DNA of 63,260 nt, filler included, from Cercozoa sp. M6MM (lineage: Eukaryota > Protista > Endomyxa: Ascetosporea), in assembly GCA_040357565.1 (NCBI GenBank). It is 9 parts of 9 records of this genome, joined end to end, with 100 filler letters (N's around TTAATTAATTAA, not from the genome) between each part and the next. Parts side by side here need not be neighbours in the genome. Positions count along the whole stretch, not along the records: positions 1 to 3,439 come from JBDODJ010001459.1; positions 3,540 to 6,149 come from JBDODJ010001733.1; positions 6,250 to 14,338 come from JBDODJ010000569.1; 6 more parts are not named here. One strand, written 5' to 3'. Positions 1-11,623 of this stretch are shown in pieces (the stretch's first letter is position 1; every line of letters begins with the position of its first letter). A model generated the notes under the pieces. It worked only from the letters and a program-made list of their open reading frames with translations. It had not been told where the DNA came from and did no database searches. The position numbers and the translations under genes were made by a program.

Positions 1-990
1 AAATTGTGGGAGGTGATACCGACTCCGCCGTCAACACCGAGTCGACATGTCTCGGAATGGGAATGGGAGACGACTCGGACAGCACGGAAGACGCAAAGTC
101 AGCGTGGTAGGCTACAGTAAGTAGTAGTACAACACTACGACATCGCTGCTGCGCGTCAAAGCTCACTGACATTCGTACCGAACTCCGGAGGGGTCACGAC
201 CTCTCTAAAAAGCAGGCAATGGATAAAGGGATACAAGACCAGTGTACTGCTGTGCAGAGTCTAAACTTACCTGTCGAGGATGCGAAGTGCCTGCCTGATT
301 GTCAGGCGTTGTACCGGACGGTATGCCGTCAATCCATCGAGTGCCTGCGTTCAGTCACAAGCAACCATACTCCACGTGGTGAAACCCCTGAAGACAATGT
401 GGACAAAACAAAACAACTGCTGTACTTTGAGGAAACACTCCGAGTTCGAGTACAACTGCAGACACTGGAGTGCCTTTTCAGGAACGTATCTCCGCCAGAA
501 AGGCGACGGGGACTGCACGCATCAGCACAGTGCGCACAGCGAGATAGCCTGGAAAGACAGCCGAGACAAGAGGCGGTACCTCCTCCTTCCAGTCCGGAGC
601 GAAGAAGACGTCGGCCCAGATCGGTGAGTTCATGTACACACTCAGCGAGATGTCTTCGTGCAGCAACTTGATATCTGCCAAACAGACACACGGTACCAGA
701 GGAAACTGAAAATTGCACAGGACGAGTAACCACGCTCGCGGTAGGACGAGTTGCTGACGCCTTCTGCGGCATCGTGGCCACCGAACACCATGGCTGCAAG
801 GGACACACATGCCATCAATGTGTAGCTTTGACCTGCGTCACTTGAAAAGCCACGCACCAATTAGAACGGCGCCCATCGACATCGCGTCGCCCAAGCAGGT
901 TCGGAGCTGCGCCGACGCCACTTCGGGGGCAGTGTAGCCTCTTACATGGCCTGTCAATGCACGCAGAATGCATTCAAACACACACTTAAA

Positions 991-1039
<49 letters not shown>

Positions 1040-1049
1040 NNNNNNNNNN

Positions 1050-1114
<65 letters not shown>

Positions 1115-3430
1115 TACATACACACACACACACACAGTTGAAAATTACGTGCGCGCAGCGGCAGGCACGAGTGTCTCAGCGGATCCTCGGTCACAATCGA
1201 CTTCAGCAACGACAGCACCTCGCGCATGCCTGTCGTACCGTCGCTGTGCAAAAGCAACTCAACGAAAACTTCCATCCAAGTCACACACACACACACACAC
1301 GTGACACGGACAAGCGCGGGTGTACTGTCTCGCGGCGTAGGCGTCGTGCACCTGCTCGAAGAATCGACTCGGCGACTTGTCGTCGAGCATCAGCACTCTG
1401 TCCGTCCATCAAGCCACACGGTCCACAGACAACAATTCCGACAGATACAGTAGACAAGCAGACAGAATGCATTACTCGCCAGCAGAGCTGCCTCGCGGAT
1501 GCGTGCGCGTGCTACTCATGACGGCAGCCTCGGAGAAGTCGCACAGCACTGCTCGCACCGGGAGACCCTGTTGTGCATTTTATTGCGATACAACCACACT
1601 TGGATTTGTTCATGTTGATACAATGACAGGAGAACCGCAGGTAAACTTACCTCAGACAGCAGCGCGTAGAACTGGCGCAGCGACGTGCAGCTGTTCAGAC
1701 GACGACGCAGGGATGCCACCCGGCCGAATTCGGGGTCGTCCGGAGCCCAGGTGTCGTTGTCCACCAACAAGCGTATGGCCAATGGCGACACGCTGCCGTG
1801 AACCACGCCGGTTTCGTGCAGACGTTGCAGTGTGTCTGTTGCACCCCATGTGTTCGTGGTACTGATGCACTCACTACAACCGACCACTTACCGAGCACAG
1901 GACGCATCACCGAGAGGCACAGGTTCTTGGACGACTCCACTTCTGCACATGGGAGACGTATACTGATGTACTCGTACAACTGAAATAACACGGCAGTACC
2001 ATGACGACGCACGTAGTGCTCGCGCAAAAGCGTGGCGAGAGACACGCCCTGAGCCGGCTCTGCGTAGAGAACGGCGGCGTCGTAGTTCTCAAAGTCGCAC
2101 TCGGCCAGCAGAACGTTCAGGTCTCTCGTCGAGTTGATCGTGTGCACGGCCACCAAGTGCACCGTGAGTTGCACGCCGTCTTGTTTCTTCTGCACTCCCA
2201 TACCCACAGGTGCACACACACACACACACACACACCCACACCAACACACATTGGATGTACAACACACTTCAGCGGTCACTCTTATCAGAAACGAGACGGA
2301 CACACCGATTGAGCGATGGCCTCCTCCATGTCGTCGAGTGTCATGTCTTCGGTGAAGTGTGCCTCGCTTTTCTCCAGTTTCACAAAGGCCAAAGGGCGCA
2401 CGATGTGCTTCCTGCACAACACAAGTATGACCCTGATCTAGAACCACTGCAGACAGAAACCACCAAGCAGTTTTACGTGGCGGTACCCGAGAGGACCGGC
2501 GATAGTGCGAGCAGTCCAGGCAGCGCTCGCTTCGTGAAGCAGTTCCTGAGTGGCCACTGCGGCAGCTTGCATCAAGTCCCCGCGACTACATCCAAGACAT
2601 ACGCAATGCACACAAAACACCCATTGGTATACAGACACGACGGAGAACAAACCGATCCGATTCAGGCAACTCAAGTGTCCGGGCACGGTGCGCTTCATGC
2701 ACCGCCGTCTGAACGGCGCGAAGGTTGATGCATTTCAAAGCACACGGCATGTGGTTCACTGCGCATGTCACATGTCAACCAGGCAGGCAACATGCAGATG
2801 TGTGATGTATGTGACGGTACGTTCGCAGTCGAACCAAGTTGTTTCCTGCGAGAGCGAGCACCACTTCTGGCCGAACAAGCGCCCAATGTAGGGCCCACGG
2901 TTCTATACAACAAATCAGTTCAATGGCGTTACTTCACACAAACAGCACTCACCTATGCGGAGGACAGTACCCAGAAGTAGTCGCTTCCATCCTCGTCGAT
3001 GCCTTCAATGTAGCGAGCGTTGAGTACGCTGTTGGCACAATTGATGGATTGGTTTTCAGTGTCGGCGGTGCCAGTGACACTGGCAGCGAGATGCAGGAAT
3101 GTGGTCTGTGACCACTCGGCCGTGAGAATGTCATGAGTTGGACTCACTGCGCCGACGGTGCTGGCGATGGTGGAACCTGCACTCATCATACTCTCTGTGA
3201 GTTGCGAATTGCAAACGTGTACAGCAGCAAGCGAGACTCTACCGTCGCAGTCGGCGCTCGCGTTGTAGATGTCAATGATGTGACTGACCGACTCTACACA
3301 GACACGCATATTATTTGATAGATGCTACAGATTACAATGCAAGAATCAAAGTTGCTGCTAATGTACTGTCGGATTCGACAAAAAGCTCGATCTCTCCGGG
3401 GATCTTGGGTACAACCGTGCTCTTCTTGTC
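1..3430 (-). CDS. Multi-exon protein kinase-like gene (probable pseudokinase), apparently truncated at both contig ends
   Basis: Spliced minus-strand exons give kinase subdomains in order: LHETGVVHGSVSPLAIRL (catalytic loop, HGS at 1792-1800), VLCDFSEA (DFG position, ~1530-1550), GYTAPEV...DAMSMGAVL (subdomains VIII-IX, ~865-940). Exons upstream of ~2450 are not resolved. Confidence 0.65.
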
Positions 3431-3439
3431 TACATTGGG

Positions 3440-3539
3440 NNNNNNNNNNNNNNNNNNNNNNNNNNNNNNNNNNNNNNNNNNNNTTAATTAATTAANNNNN
3501 NNNNNNNNNNNNNNNNNNNNNNNNNNNNNNNNNNNNNNN
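3440..3539. other. Artificial contig-joining spacer (N44-TTAATTAATTAA-N44)
   Basis: 100-bp block with stops in all six frames; identical blocks recur eight times. Confidence 0.97.
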
Positions 3540-3540
3540 A

Positions 3541-3640
3541 GGAAGGGATGGGTAGGAAGGGATGGGTAGGAAGGGATGGGTAGGAAGGGGATGGGCAGGA
3601 AGGGGATGGGCAGGAAGGGGAAGGGCAGGAAGGGGATGGA
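3541..3640. repeat. Intronic 14-15 bp tandem repeat (GGAAGGG(G)ATGGG(T/C)A)n
   Basis: Directly visible, at the contig end within the ARPC2 intron. Confidence 0.85.
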
Positions 3641-3691
3641 GGGAACGGGATGTGGTAAAGATGGGTGGGTGGAGGAGTAAGTCGCAAGTAC

Positions 3692-4075
3692 AGCAGTCAG
3701 AGCGGCCTGCAGCGGTGCCGACAGCAGGTCGGCACGCAGCGAGGCGATCTTGTCGGCAATGACGCCGGCCTGCGCCTTGTCGTCGTCGAGCGAGAAGCGC
3801 AGCGTCACGGCGCTGCCCGAGTCGTCCTGCAGGTGCTCCGGGAACACGGAGCGCACCAGCTCAGAGCCGCCCAGGTCGCGCACCGTGCTCCAGCCGTTCC
3901 AGTGCAACTGCACCTCCATCGACGACAGGTCGCTCGGCTCGATCTTGACCTTGAGGTCGACGTCGTCAAAGTCCGGCAGACTCGCCGTGCACGGCATGCG
4001 CTTCTTGGCCTCGCATTCGAACTTGGACACAATCGACTCCCGCAGCGTGCTGTTCTCTGTCTTGATCAGGATCAT
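3692..4075 (-). CDS. ARPC2: Arp2/3 complex subunit 2 (p34-Arc), first exon; 3' part lost at contig end
   Basis: MILIKTENSTLRESIVSKF...SLPDFDDV...LGGSELVRSVF...VTLRFSLD...IASLRADLLSAPL parallels the ARPC2 N-terminus (MILLEVNN...FADFDGV...GADELLKRVYG...LKRNCFA). Confidence 0.85.
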
Positions 4076-4669
4076 CTTGCGTCGCTTTCTCTCTCACCAC
4101 ACGGTCCTGCGGCCAAACAACCGATCAGTTGCCATGGAAAAAAACAAAAACACACACGACTCAGCAAAAGGACAAAACGCCTGTGCACTACAGGTACACA
4201 GGGCACACACAACTCCAATGCACTGTAGCACACGCCTCGATAGCACAACTCGATTGGGAAAAGCAACTTGAGGCGGCTTCGTGCCCAATCCAAGTGCCAT
4301 GAACTTGGAGAATGCATGCTACCTGACACCCAGTAGTGATAACGAGCACTACACCGCGATCAAAGGATGGACCAAAGACGCAGCGAATGAATCTCGTGCG
4401 CGTCCATTTGCTGGTCCAAGCATGGCTCAATAATCGGCTCGCTGCTGTACCGGCACTAGAAAGCGCAGTAAATGTCAGTAGGCATGGTCATGTTACTGTT
4501 TCAAGCGCTGTACAGGTTTTAAAGTACGACAAAGCTTTGTGAGAGGAGAAAACAGCATAATAAGCATCTGTTAATTTTAAGGCTGCAGTGCAAGACCACG
4601 TGACCTCTTTGATTTGTCCGCGAGGCACTCGGTAACTGTATTCAGTTGACAGCAGGTTTTTGTGACACA

Positions 4670-5874
4670 ATGGCTGACGAGTGGGAGTACGAGGTAAAGT
4701 CGCTTTTATTTGGCAGTATTTTTGCCACCTCCGCTCCCTGCTGAAGAGCGCTGAGGTGCGCAATTTTGTGTTGTGATTTTCCGCTTGGATCACAAATGGG
4801 CCTCGCTAAACCTCGATCTGTCGAGTTGGGTGACGCCACAAAATATAGAAGTCAAATTGATATGTTTGCTGCTGTTGGTGGCAGGAGGCGACGCCGGAGG
4901 AGAAGCTGCGCATCGCGACGCACTTCATGATGAAGTCGCCGAATGGGCAAGTGCAGGACGTGGTGACGGACCTGCGCAAGCTGATCGACAATCGCTCGGT
5001 GCTCAGCGATGCGCACGTCGACAACGTCATGCGCAACTACAACGAGCAGCAGCTCTTCCTGGCCGGCGATGACTCCAAGGTACCCCTTCCCCTCTCCCCT
5101 GTTAGCTCTTACGTCGTGTTATCTCATTGTGTGTCCCCAGGTGATCATTGCGGAGGAGGCGCGCGTGGGTGCCGACGAGTACGTGGACCCGGAGACTGGC
5201 GCCGTGCTTAAGTTCGACCACGTGGCTCAGCGCGTGCAGAGCGAGTCGACGCGCCGCACGTCGCCGGGCAAGCACGAGGCTCTGCGCAGCGGCGTGCAGC
5301 GCGCCGTGCAGGACTACGCGTCGCAGATGTTCACGAGCGGCAAGTACGCCGTGTCGGTGTACGACTCGCCGCTGCAGGCCGACGAGCTCGTGGTGCTCGT
5401 GTCGGCCAAGAACCTCAACCTGCGCAACTACTGGTGCGGCGGCTGGCGCTCGCGCTACACGCTCAGTGTCGCTCGCAACGGTCGCACGCAGGTCAAGGGC
5501 ATCATTCGTCTGCAGGTACTCTACCCTCCTGCTATATACTCTTGCTATATACTATATAGTATTGCTATCTACTCTGGGGGCATGGGCAGGTGCACTACTT
5601 TGAGGACGGCAACGTGCAGCTCAACTCACAGTTCGAGCGACAGGAGGACGTCGATGTCGACAGCAGCGACGTTGACGGCACCGGCAAGGCCGTGGCCGCC
5701 GTCATCGAGCGCATCGAGAGCGAGTTCCAGGAGTCGCTCGAGGAGTTCTACGTCAACATGCACGACAACACCTTCAAGGCGCTGCGCCGCATCCTGCCCG
5801 TCACGCGTCAGCACATGGACTGGCGCTCCGCCGTGCATGGAATCGCTGCCGACTGCGCCTCGTCCGCCAACTGA
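4670..5874 (+). CDS. CAPZA: F-actin capping protein subunit alpha, complete, 4 exons (4670-4693, 4885-5079, 5141-5515, 5590-5874)
   Basis: Spliced product MADEWEYEEATPEEKLRIATHFMMKSPNGQVQDVVTDLR... carries signature motifs NYWCGGWRS, VHYFEDGNVQL and FKALRRILPVTRQHMDW; all introns GT-AG. Confidence 0.95.
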
Positions 5875-6100
5875 TCGCACTCCGTCGGCGACCGCACTGG
5901 ACCTCCATGGTCAACTCGACTGAAATTGAATTGAATGAATGTTACACTTTCACACACTGCACACACACGCGCGCGCCCCAGGAGGCCTTGTCACTTCGCT
6001 TACCGACTCAGATTATGCAGATGAACCCAGCCTGAGGTTGGTCGGATCGTTGCGACGTTTACTGCACGCGCAAACTGAACGCTAAACTGACCGGGCTCCC

Positions 6101-6149
<49 letters not shown>

Positions 6150-6249
6150 NNNNNNNNNNNNNNNNNNNNNNNNNNNNNNNNNNNNNNNNNNNNTTAATTA
6201 ATTAANNNNNNNNNNNNNNNNNNNNNNNNNNNNNNNNNNNNNNNNNNNN
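6150..6249. other. Artificial contig-joining spacer
   Basis: N44-TTAATTAATTAA-N44. Confidence 0.97.
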
Positions 6250-6292
<43 letters not shown>

Positions 6293-6305
6293 TTATGTAT
6301 CGCAG

Positions 6306-6560
6306 TCGGTGCTGGCGTCGTTCCAGCTCGTGCCCTGGGAGGAAAGTGACGAGGTGGCCTGTCTCTCTAGTGTCGGCACTCCCACTGCAGGTGCTTTGCG
6401 TTCATTTGTGTCTTTGTCTGTGTCTGTGTCTGTGTTGCATATCGTGTGTGTGCCAGAACTTGACGACACGCTGCAGTTCGACTTGACGACCGGCGGCACG
6501 ACTCTTGATGACACTTGCGTCAGCGGTGCGATTGGACCCTCCCAGCGCAGAGGAAATTGA
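6306..6560 (+). CDS. 3' exons of an unidentified gene (5' part missing)
   Basis: Acceptor cgcag then SVLASFQLVPWEESDE..., intron, then ELDDTLQFDLTTGGTTLDD...RRGN*. Confidence 0.45.
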   Translation, partial: SVLASFQLVPWEESDEVACLSSVGTPTAGALRSFVSLSVSVSVLHIVCVPELDDTLQFDLTTGGTTLDDTCVSGAIGPSQRRGN

Positions 6561-6703
6561 TTTTAAAAGGCTTTCGCTTATCGCATCCCATTACAAACCC
6601 TTATGGAATAAATGAAGTTAATGCTGTTACATGCGATCTACTGTAGCGTGTGTTCGCTGGGAACTGAGCACAGGTCAAATTGAACGGCATAGCGCTAGCG
6701 CAG

Positions 6704-8993
6704 TCAAGTTAATTCTTCGCATTGATCTGGTACGCAGGGGTGCACAACCGGACAACTTAGCCACAAGCGAAATAGGTAAGCCAGCGACAGGATCCAGTCA
6801 CGGCTGAGAGGCCGCTGTCGCTGACTGAGGAGACGACTCGACCGATGCCTGTTGAGGGGGTGGTAGAACCAATACACTATACGGAACGGAAACTCAAGAT
6901 ACGAGGTGCGACTTGAGGTCGCGCATGGCGTCGGCGTTGAACATACGCAAATTGCGCTACAGAAAGAGAGAAATAGAGGGGGTATGATGAGACAAAGACA
7001 ACAACAGAGAGGGCAGGAGTACAATGGCAACGGCATCGCCCGGGCGCTGGAGGGACACACAAGCCGACAGGTCTAACGACAGAGTCAGCACAGGAATCAG
7101 AGGTTAAACGGCAGGGGGGGGGGGGTAAACAGAGTACCCGCGTTGCAGAAGGCACGATGCAACGCGAGATTGTTCGTTCCACGTCCTTAACAAAAGCACA
7201 TGTCAAAATGGGCAACACCTGCGTCCACAATGTACGGTACAAACAGTACCTGCTAGGAACTTTCCGTTCACGGCATAGGCGACTCCGGGCGACACTCGCC
7301 GCGCGTCCACGTAAACCTGATGGGGGGGGGGGGGGGGGCCAGAGCGTGCTGGGGGTGGAGTAAGAGAGTGAGGGTAGAGGGGGTAAAGCTCGTCCATACA
7401 CTGACGGTATCGCCGGTGGAGAAACCGACGACACTAAAATCTGCACATTCGGGCCGTCGGCGTCCGTCGTTGAAGAGACCCGTGCTGGGAAGACCGTCGC
7501 CCAGACTGTACGCACACGGTGGTCACTCACACGTGGTCATATGCACACGTGCTAGGGGAGGGGTACGTATTCACGTGATCTGATGTGCAGACGCCAATGG
7601 CCTACGGGTAGGGGGTAAAGGGTAAAGAGGTGGACAAAGAGGTGGGGGTAAAGGTGAGGCACCATGGCTCCCCTGCATCGCAGCACACTAACGTCGAACG
7701 CGAAGCACTCGTTGCCGCACCTGCAACACACTCCCCTTCAAAATACCTTAACAATACACAGCACTTAAAGTGGCTACAGTGGTGTCCGGTGGGCCGTATT
7801 GTCTTGTCGGCCTTCGCCGGTCTAAGAGTACGTAAAACCACAAGGTGACTCACTTTCAAGGGATTTAGGGACAAGAGCGAACTACCCTTGTGGTCGGCAG
7901 CGTGCGCAACTGTGCTCGCACGTGGTGCCACTGCGCACGTGCCAACTGTCCAGTGGCATAGATGATCAGTTCTCCACGCAGTTTACCGTTTCAGTGGGCG
8001 GAGAAACGCACTGCGCGATCTGCGCGGCGCACTTGAGCACGACGCCGTTCGACTGCAGCGTCGCCGGCGTGAAGCGCAGCGGCAGCACGTTCGCGTCGCT
8101 CTCGAATCGCACCGTCGCACGCACCGTCGCCGTTCTCTTGTCCTGTACAGGTACACATTGTACAGTACACATCGTACAGTACACATTGTACAGTACATAG
8201 GACACCGTCCATATCGGACTGTCTTATTGTACACGACGAGTGCTAGTGCTACCACAATGACCTGCAGATTGAGGTCGCACAGACGATCGGCTACGCGACC
8301 GAGTCGCTCACTGAGGAGGTAACGGGGTTAAAGGGTTAAAGGGGTAAAGGTGGGGGGGGGGGGGGTTAAAGCAAGGGCATAAAAGAGTGAAATACATCTC
8401 CTGTGACGTGAGAGAGGTTTTGTGCGCCTGTTGCAGTTCGCCTTCTTCCTTGCCTATACGGACGGGTCAAATGGACGGGACAACGACGGTACAGGTGGAC
8501 CAACAGGCAACACAGGAAGGAGTTGGTTAAGGGAGGGTACGGAAGCGGTGCAGATTCGGCGACAGCACGACGTCGCTCGAGTCGAAAACGACGCGACTGA
8601 ACTGCGACAGCGAAATCTACAAGCGGTCTTATCGTCTGTACCGTCCAAGTGGACCAAAATGTCAGACTGGGAAGGGTACAGCGGTGTGCGGACGGAACAT
8701 GACGAGTTGTAGCCACGAGTTAAAGCCGAGCTGCACAGCCACCGCGTCCAGCAGCACGTGCTCCAGCCGGCCACCCGCCGGGACCTGTGCAAAGGTGTTA
8801 AGGGATAAGCAGGGGGGGGGGGACATGTGATAACAGGAGGTAAGAAGTGACAGAAGGCAAAAGCACACAGCACCTCTCTGAGTGTCCACGTGCCATCGGA
8901 TACCTCCACCTGCGTGCACAAGGCGTATCAATATACTGCCCCGTACGGCAGAAACACAGTGCAGTTGAGTACAGCACAGTACCTGAACAAGGC

Positions 8994-9024
<31 letters not shown>

Positions 9025-10397
9025 AGTGTCATTGTTGTGACACTTTTCGTTCAGTTTCGCGGTTTCGTCGTTCTTGTCGCCTTCGTTTTCGGCTGGCGTT
9101 TCCTCGGGTTTCTCCTGCTCCTCGTCGCTGGACTGACCGCCGAACATCTCGCGTAGTCTGTGTCCCCGCGGAGAGTTACACAAGTACCACAAATCAGAGA
9201 TAGTGGCGGTGAGTTGTACACATTGGGAAACGCCTCACGGCGCACTGTCTCGCGTCGCGAACTGCGCAATCCCAGGGGGTCAAAGAGTACGAGATGTCAA
9301 AGTATGAGAGGTTAAAAAGGTGGGAGAAAGCTTAAGGAGGCTTCAAACGTACTTGCGTTTAGCGAGCTGTTCCTGCAGGGTTCGTCGCTTGCGTGCCATC
9401 GACGACGACTTCAACTGAGTATCAGGAGGATAGACTAAGGTAACATGGGAAGATAAAACAAGCCTACCGGGAAGTACTGCAGTTTAGCAGCGTCCTCGAT
9501 CTCTTGCCGCACGCGGCGAGGAGCGCCACCCGGCCATAGCAGTCGCAAAGTCAGACTGGGTCACATGGGGTATAAGGGGATATCAGATAAGGGTATATCA
9601 GATAGGTGAAAGTATCAGATAGCGGGTAATAGCAAGGCAATAGACAGACAGGGGTCAAAGGGAGCCAGTACAGCAGGGGGTGAAAAGGAAAAGGGGATGA
9701 AAGGAGGCAAAGAGCGAAAGGAAGCAAAAGCTACCGCCGAAAGATGCCGACATCGGCGAGAGTGTCATCGACGATGGTGTCGCTGGAGAAACGCGCAGAA
9801 ACACCGTCCTTGATGACGGTGTTGGCACCGTTGCCTCCATCAGCGATCGCAGAGATGGAACTGAGTGGCACCGTCACCGGTCCCGTTGTGCACTGACCGA
9901 TCGGCTTGTCCAGGCAGCTGCGCACGTACATACACACACTGCACAAACAGCCCTGTGAGTGCAGGCCAATATGTTAGGTACGGCCGCTTCTTCTTGCTCT
10001 GCATGGCCGCAGGCAGCACCACGAGGTTGCTCAGTACTGCTTTTTGCACATCATAGCGTCACACACCATCCACACACTCCATGGGGGGAGGGGGTTGTGT
10101 GTACCATGCGTGTGCTCATAGATAGTCACACGCGGCCGCACCAGTGCCTCCTGTCCCTGCACCTTGAGCACATCGCACGTCAGCGCACCTGCAGACACGC
10201 AGACAGACAGCATCACCCGTGACAAACCAATTTGAAGTCAAGCCTGTACCAAACTGCTTGGTCCCCTGGCAATAGACGATCTCGTGTGCTTCCACAGTTT
10301 CCAGCCTGTCTTGCATCGTGCTTTCACTCTTGTTGGAGTCCAGCACGTGTCCTAAGCTCACGATTGCTTCGTCTTTGCTGCTTCTGGGCTTGGACAT
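6704..10397 (-). CDS. Hypothetical multi-exon protein with acidic/Asn-rich linker and a Cys/His cluster
   Basis: ATG at 10397 (MSKPRSSKDEA...); the first four exons splice in frame through GT-AG introns; acidic exon at ~8985-9155; C-rich introns on the sense strand; no family recognised and 3' end uncertain. Confidence 0.55.
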
Positions 10398-10605
10398 TCA
10401 ATACTGTAAATATTTCATTCCGACCCCGTTCTTCTTCGCAGCCTTAACAACAACAACATTTTGGGGGCTGTTTAGTGCCCTTGGCGAAAGTCAAGGAGTG
10501 CCAGGCCCACGACTCCGCTGGGGGTACTACTTGTGTGCTGTGGTGATTGAAACTAGCGGCAATGTTGTATTTTTGATAGTGTTTTCCCATGTGTTTTAGC
10601 AAGCA

Positions 10606-11406
10606 TGAACAGCTTGCGGGTCGCTGGGTCACCACCGACGTCGTCCGCGCGGAAACGTGTGCGGTTTTCTCAGACACGTGACGACACAGTCCACTTTCTG
10701 CGACTCCAAGCTGTACCATGCTGTTTGATTGTTTTTGTCTGATGCTGTTGGAGAGACGGTTTGCCCGGTCTCTAGCCTACCACGGTTTCTCACAAAGAGT
10801 ACCCACTGACAACACTGACTCCTGTCGCGCCTGCTGATCGGTACATCAGCATAAAGCACGCGGTGGTGTCCAAGGGATGTTGTTTCTACCGCTGTTTCTG
10901 CAGCACGCTGAAGGAGCGTCCGTTCCTGACCGAAGATGAGAAACGCGCGCAGACACAACATGTAATTGTTGCACTTGTGTGTGTTAAAGCTGCGGTGTAT
11001 TACAGCTGTTATAGGTGCGAGTCCGTGTGCCAAAAAGCGTGGTATCGAAGCAGTTCTCGCTGGCCAAAGTGGCGCGTCTCGAACGCGTTCTCGACGCTGT
11101 TGCACACGAGGTGAGAGACATGACAGAGAGAAGGGGGAGCTAACGAGGTAACGCCTGCGTGTTTCTGCTGCAGGAGAGGGGAAAGCCGCACGAAAGTTTT
11201 GACATTCGTATGAATCGATTCACCTCTCGGATACAGCCGGGTAGGATGACTTACCCCCCCCCCGTCTTCACTTGACTTGTGTTTGTGTAGCCACGCCCGG
11301 AGCATCGAAGCTGATGGCAGCGCATTTCCTGCGACCGGATTTTGCTGGCTACGGCCCTTCGTGTATCGTTTTTGTATCCGTGTGTACTGTCGAATAACCT
11401 GTGTGC

Positions 11407-11449
<43 letters not shown>

Positions 11450-11571
11450 CGTGTGTGTGTGTGTGTGTGTGNNNNNNNNNNNNNNNNNNNNNNNNNNNNN
11501 NNNNNNNNNNNNNNNNNNNNNNNNNNNNNNNNNNNNNNNNNNNNNNNNNNNNNNNNNNNNNNNNNNNNNNN

Positions 11572-11623
<52 letters not shown>

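Noticed and set aside
946-1521. Poly-HT, poly-CV and poly-RE/SL ORFs here and throughout the ORF track
   Set aside because: Stop-free translations of (CA)n, (TG)n and (GA)n intronic microsatellites
3484-3495. Recurrent TTAATTAATTAA palindrome as a biological repeat
   Set aside because: Always centred in N runs in an exact 100-bp block; a six-frame stop linker added during concatenation
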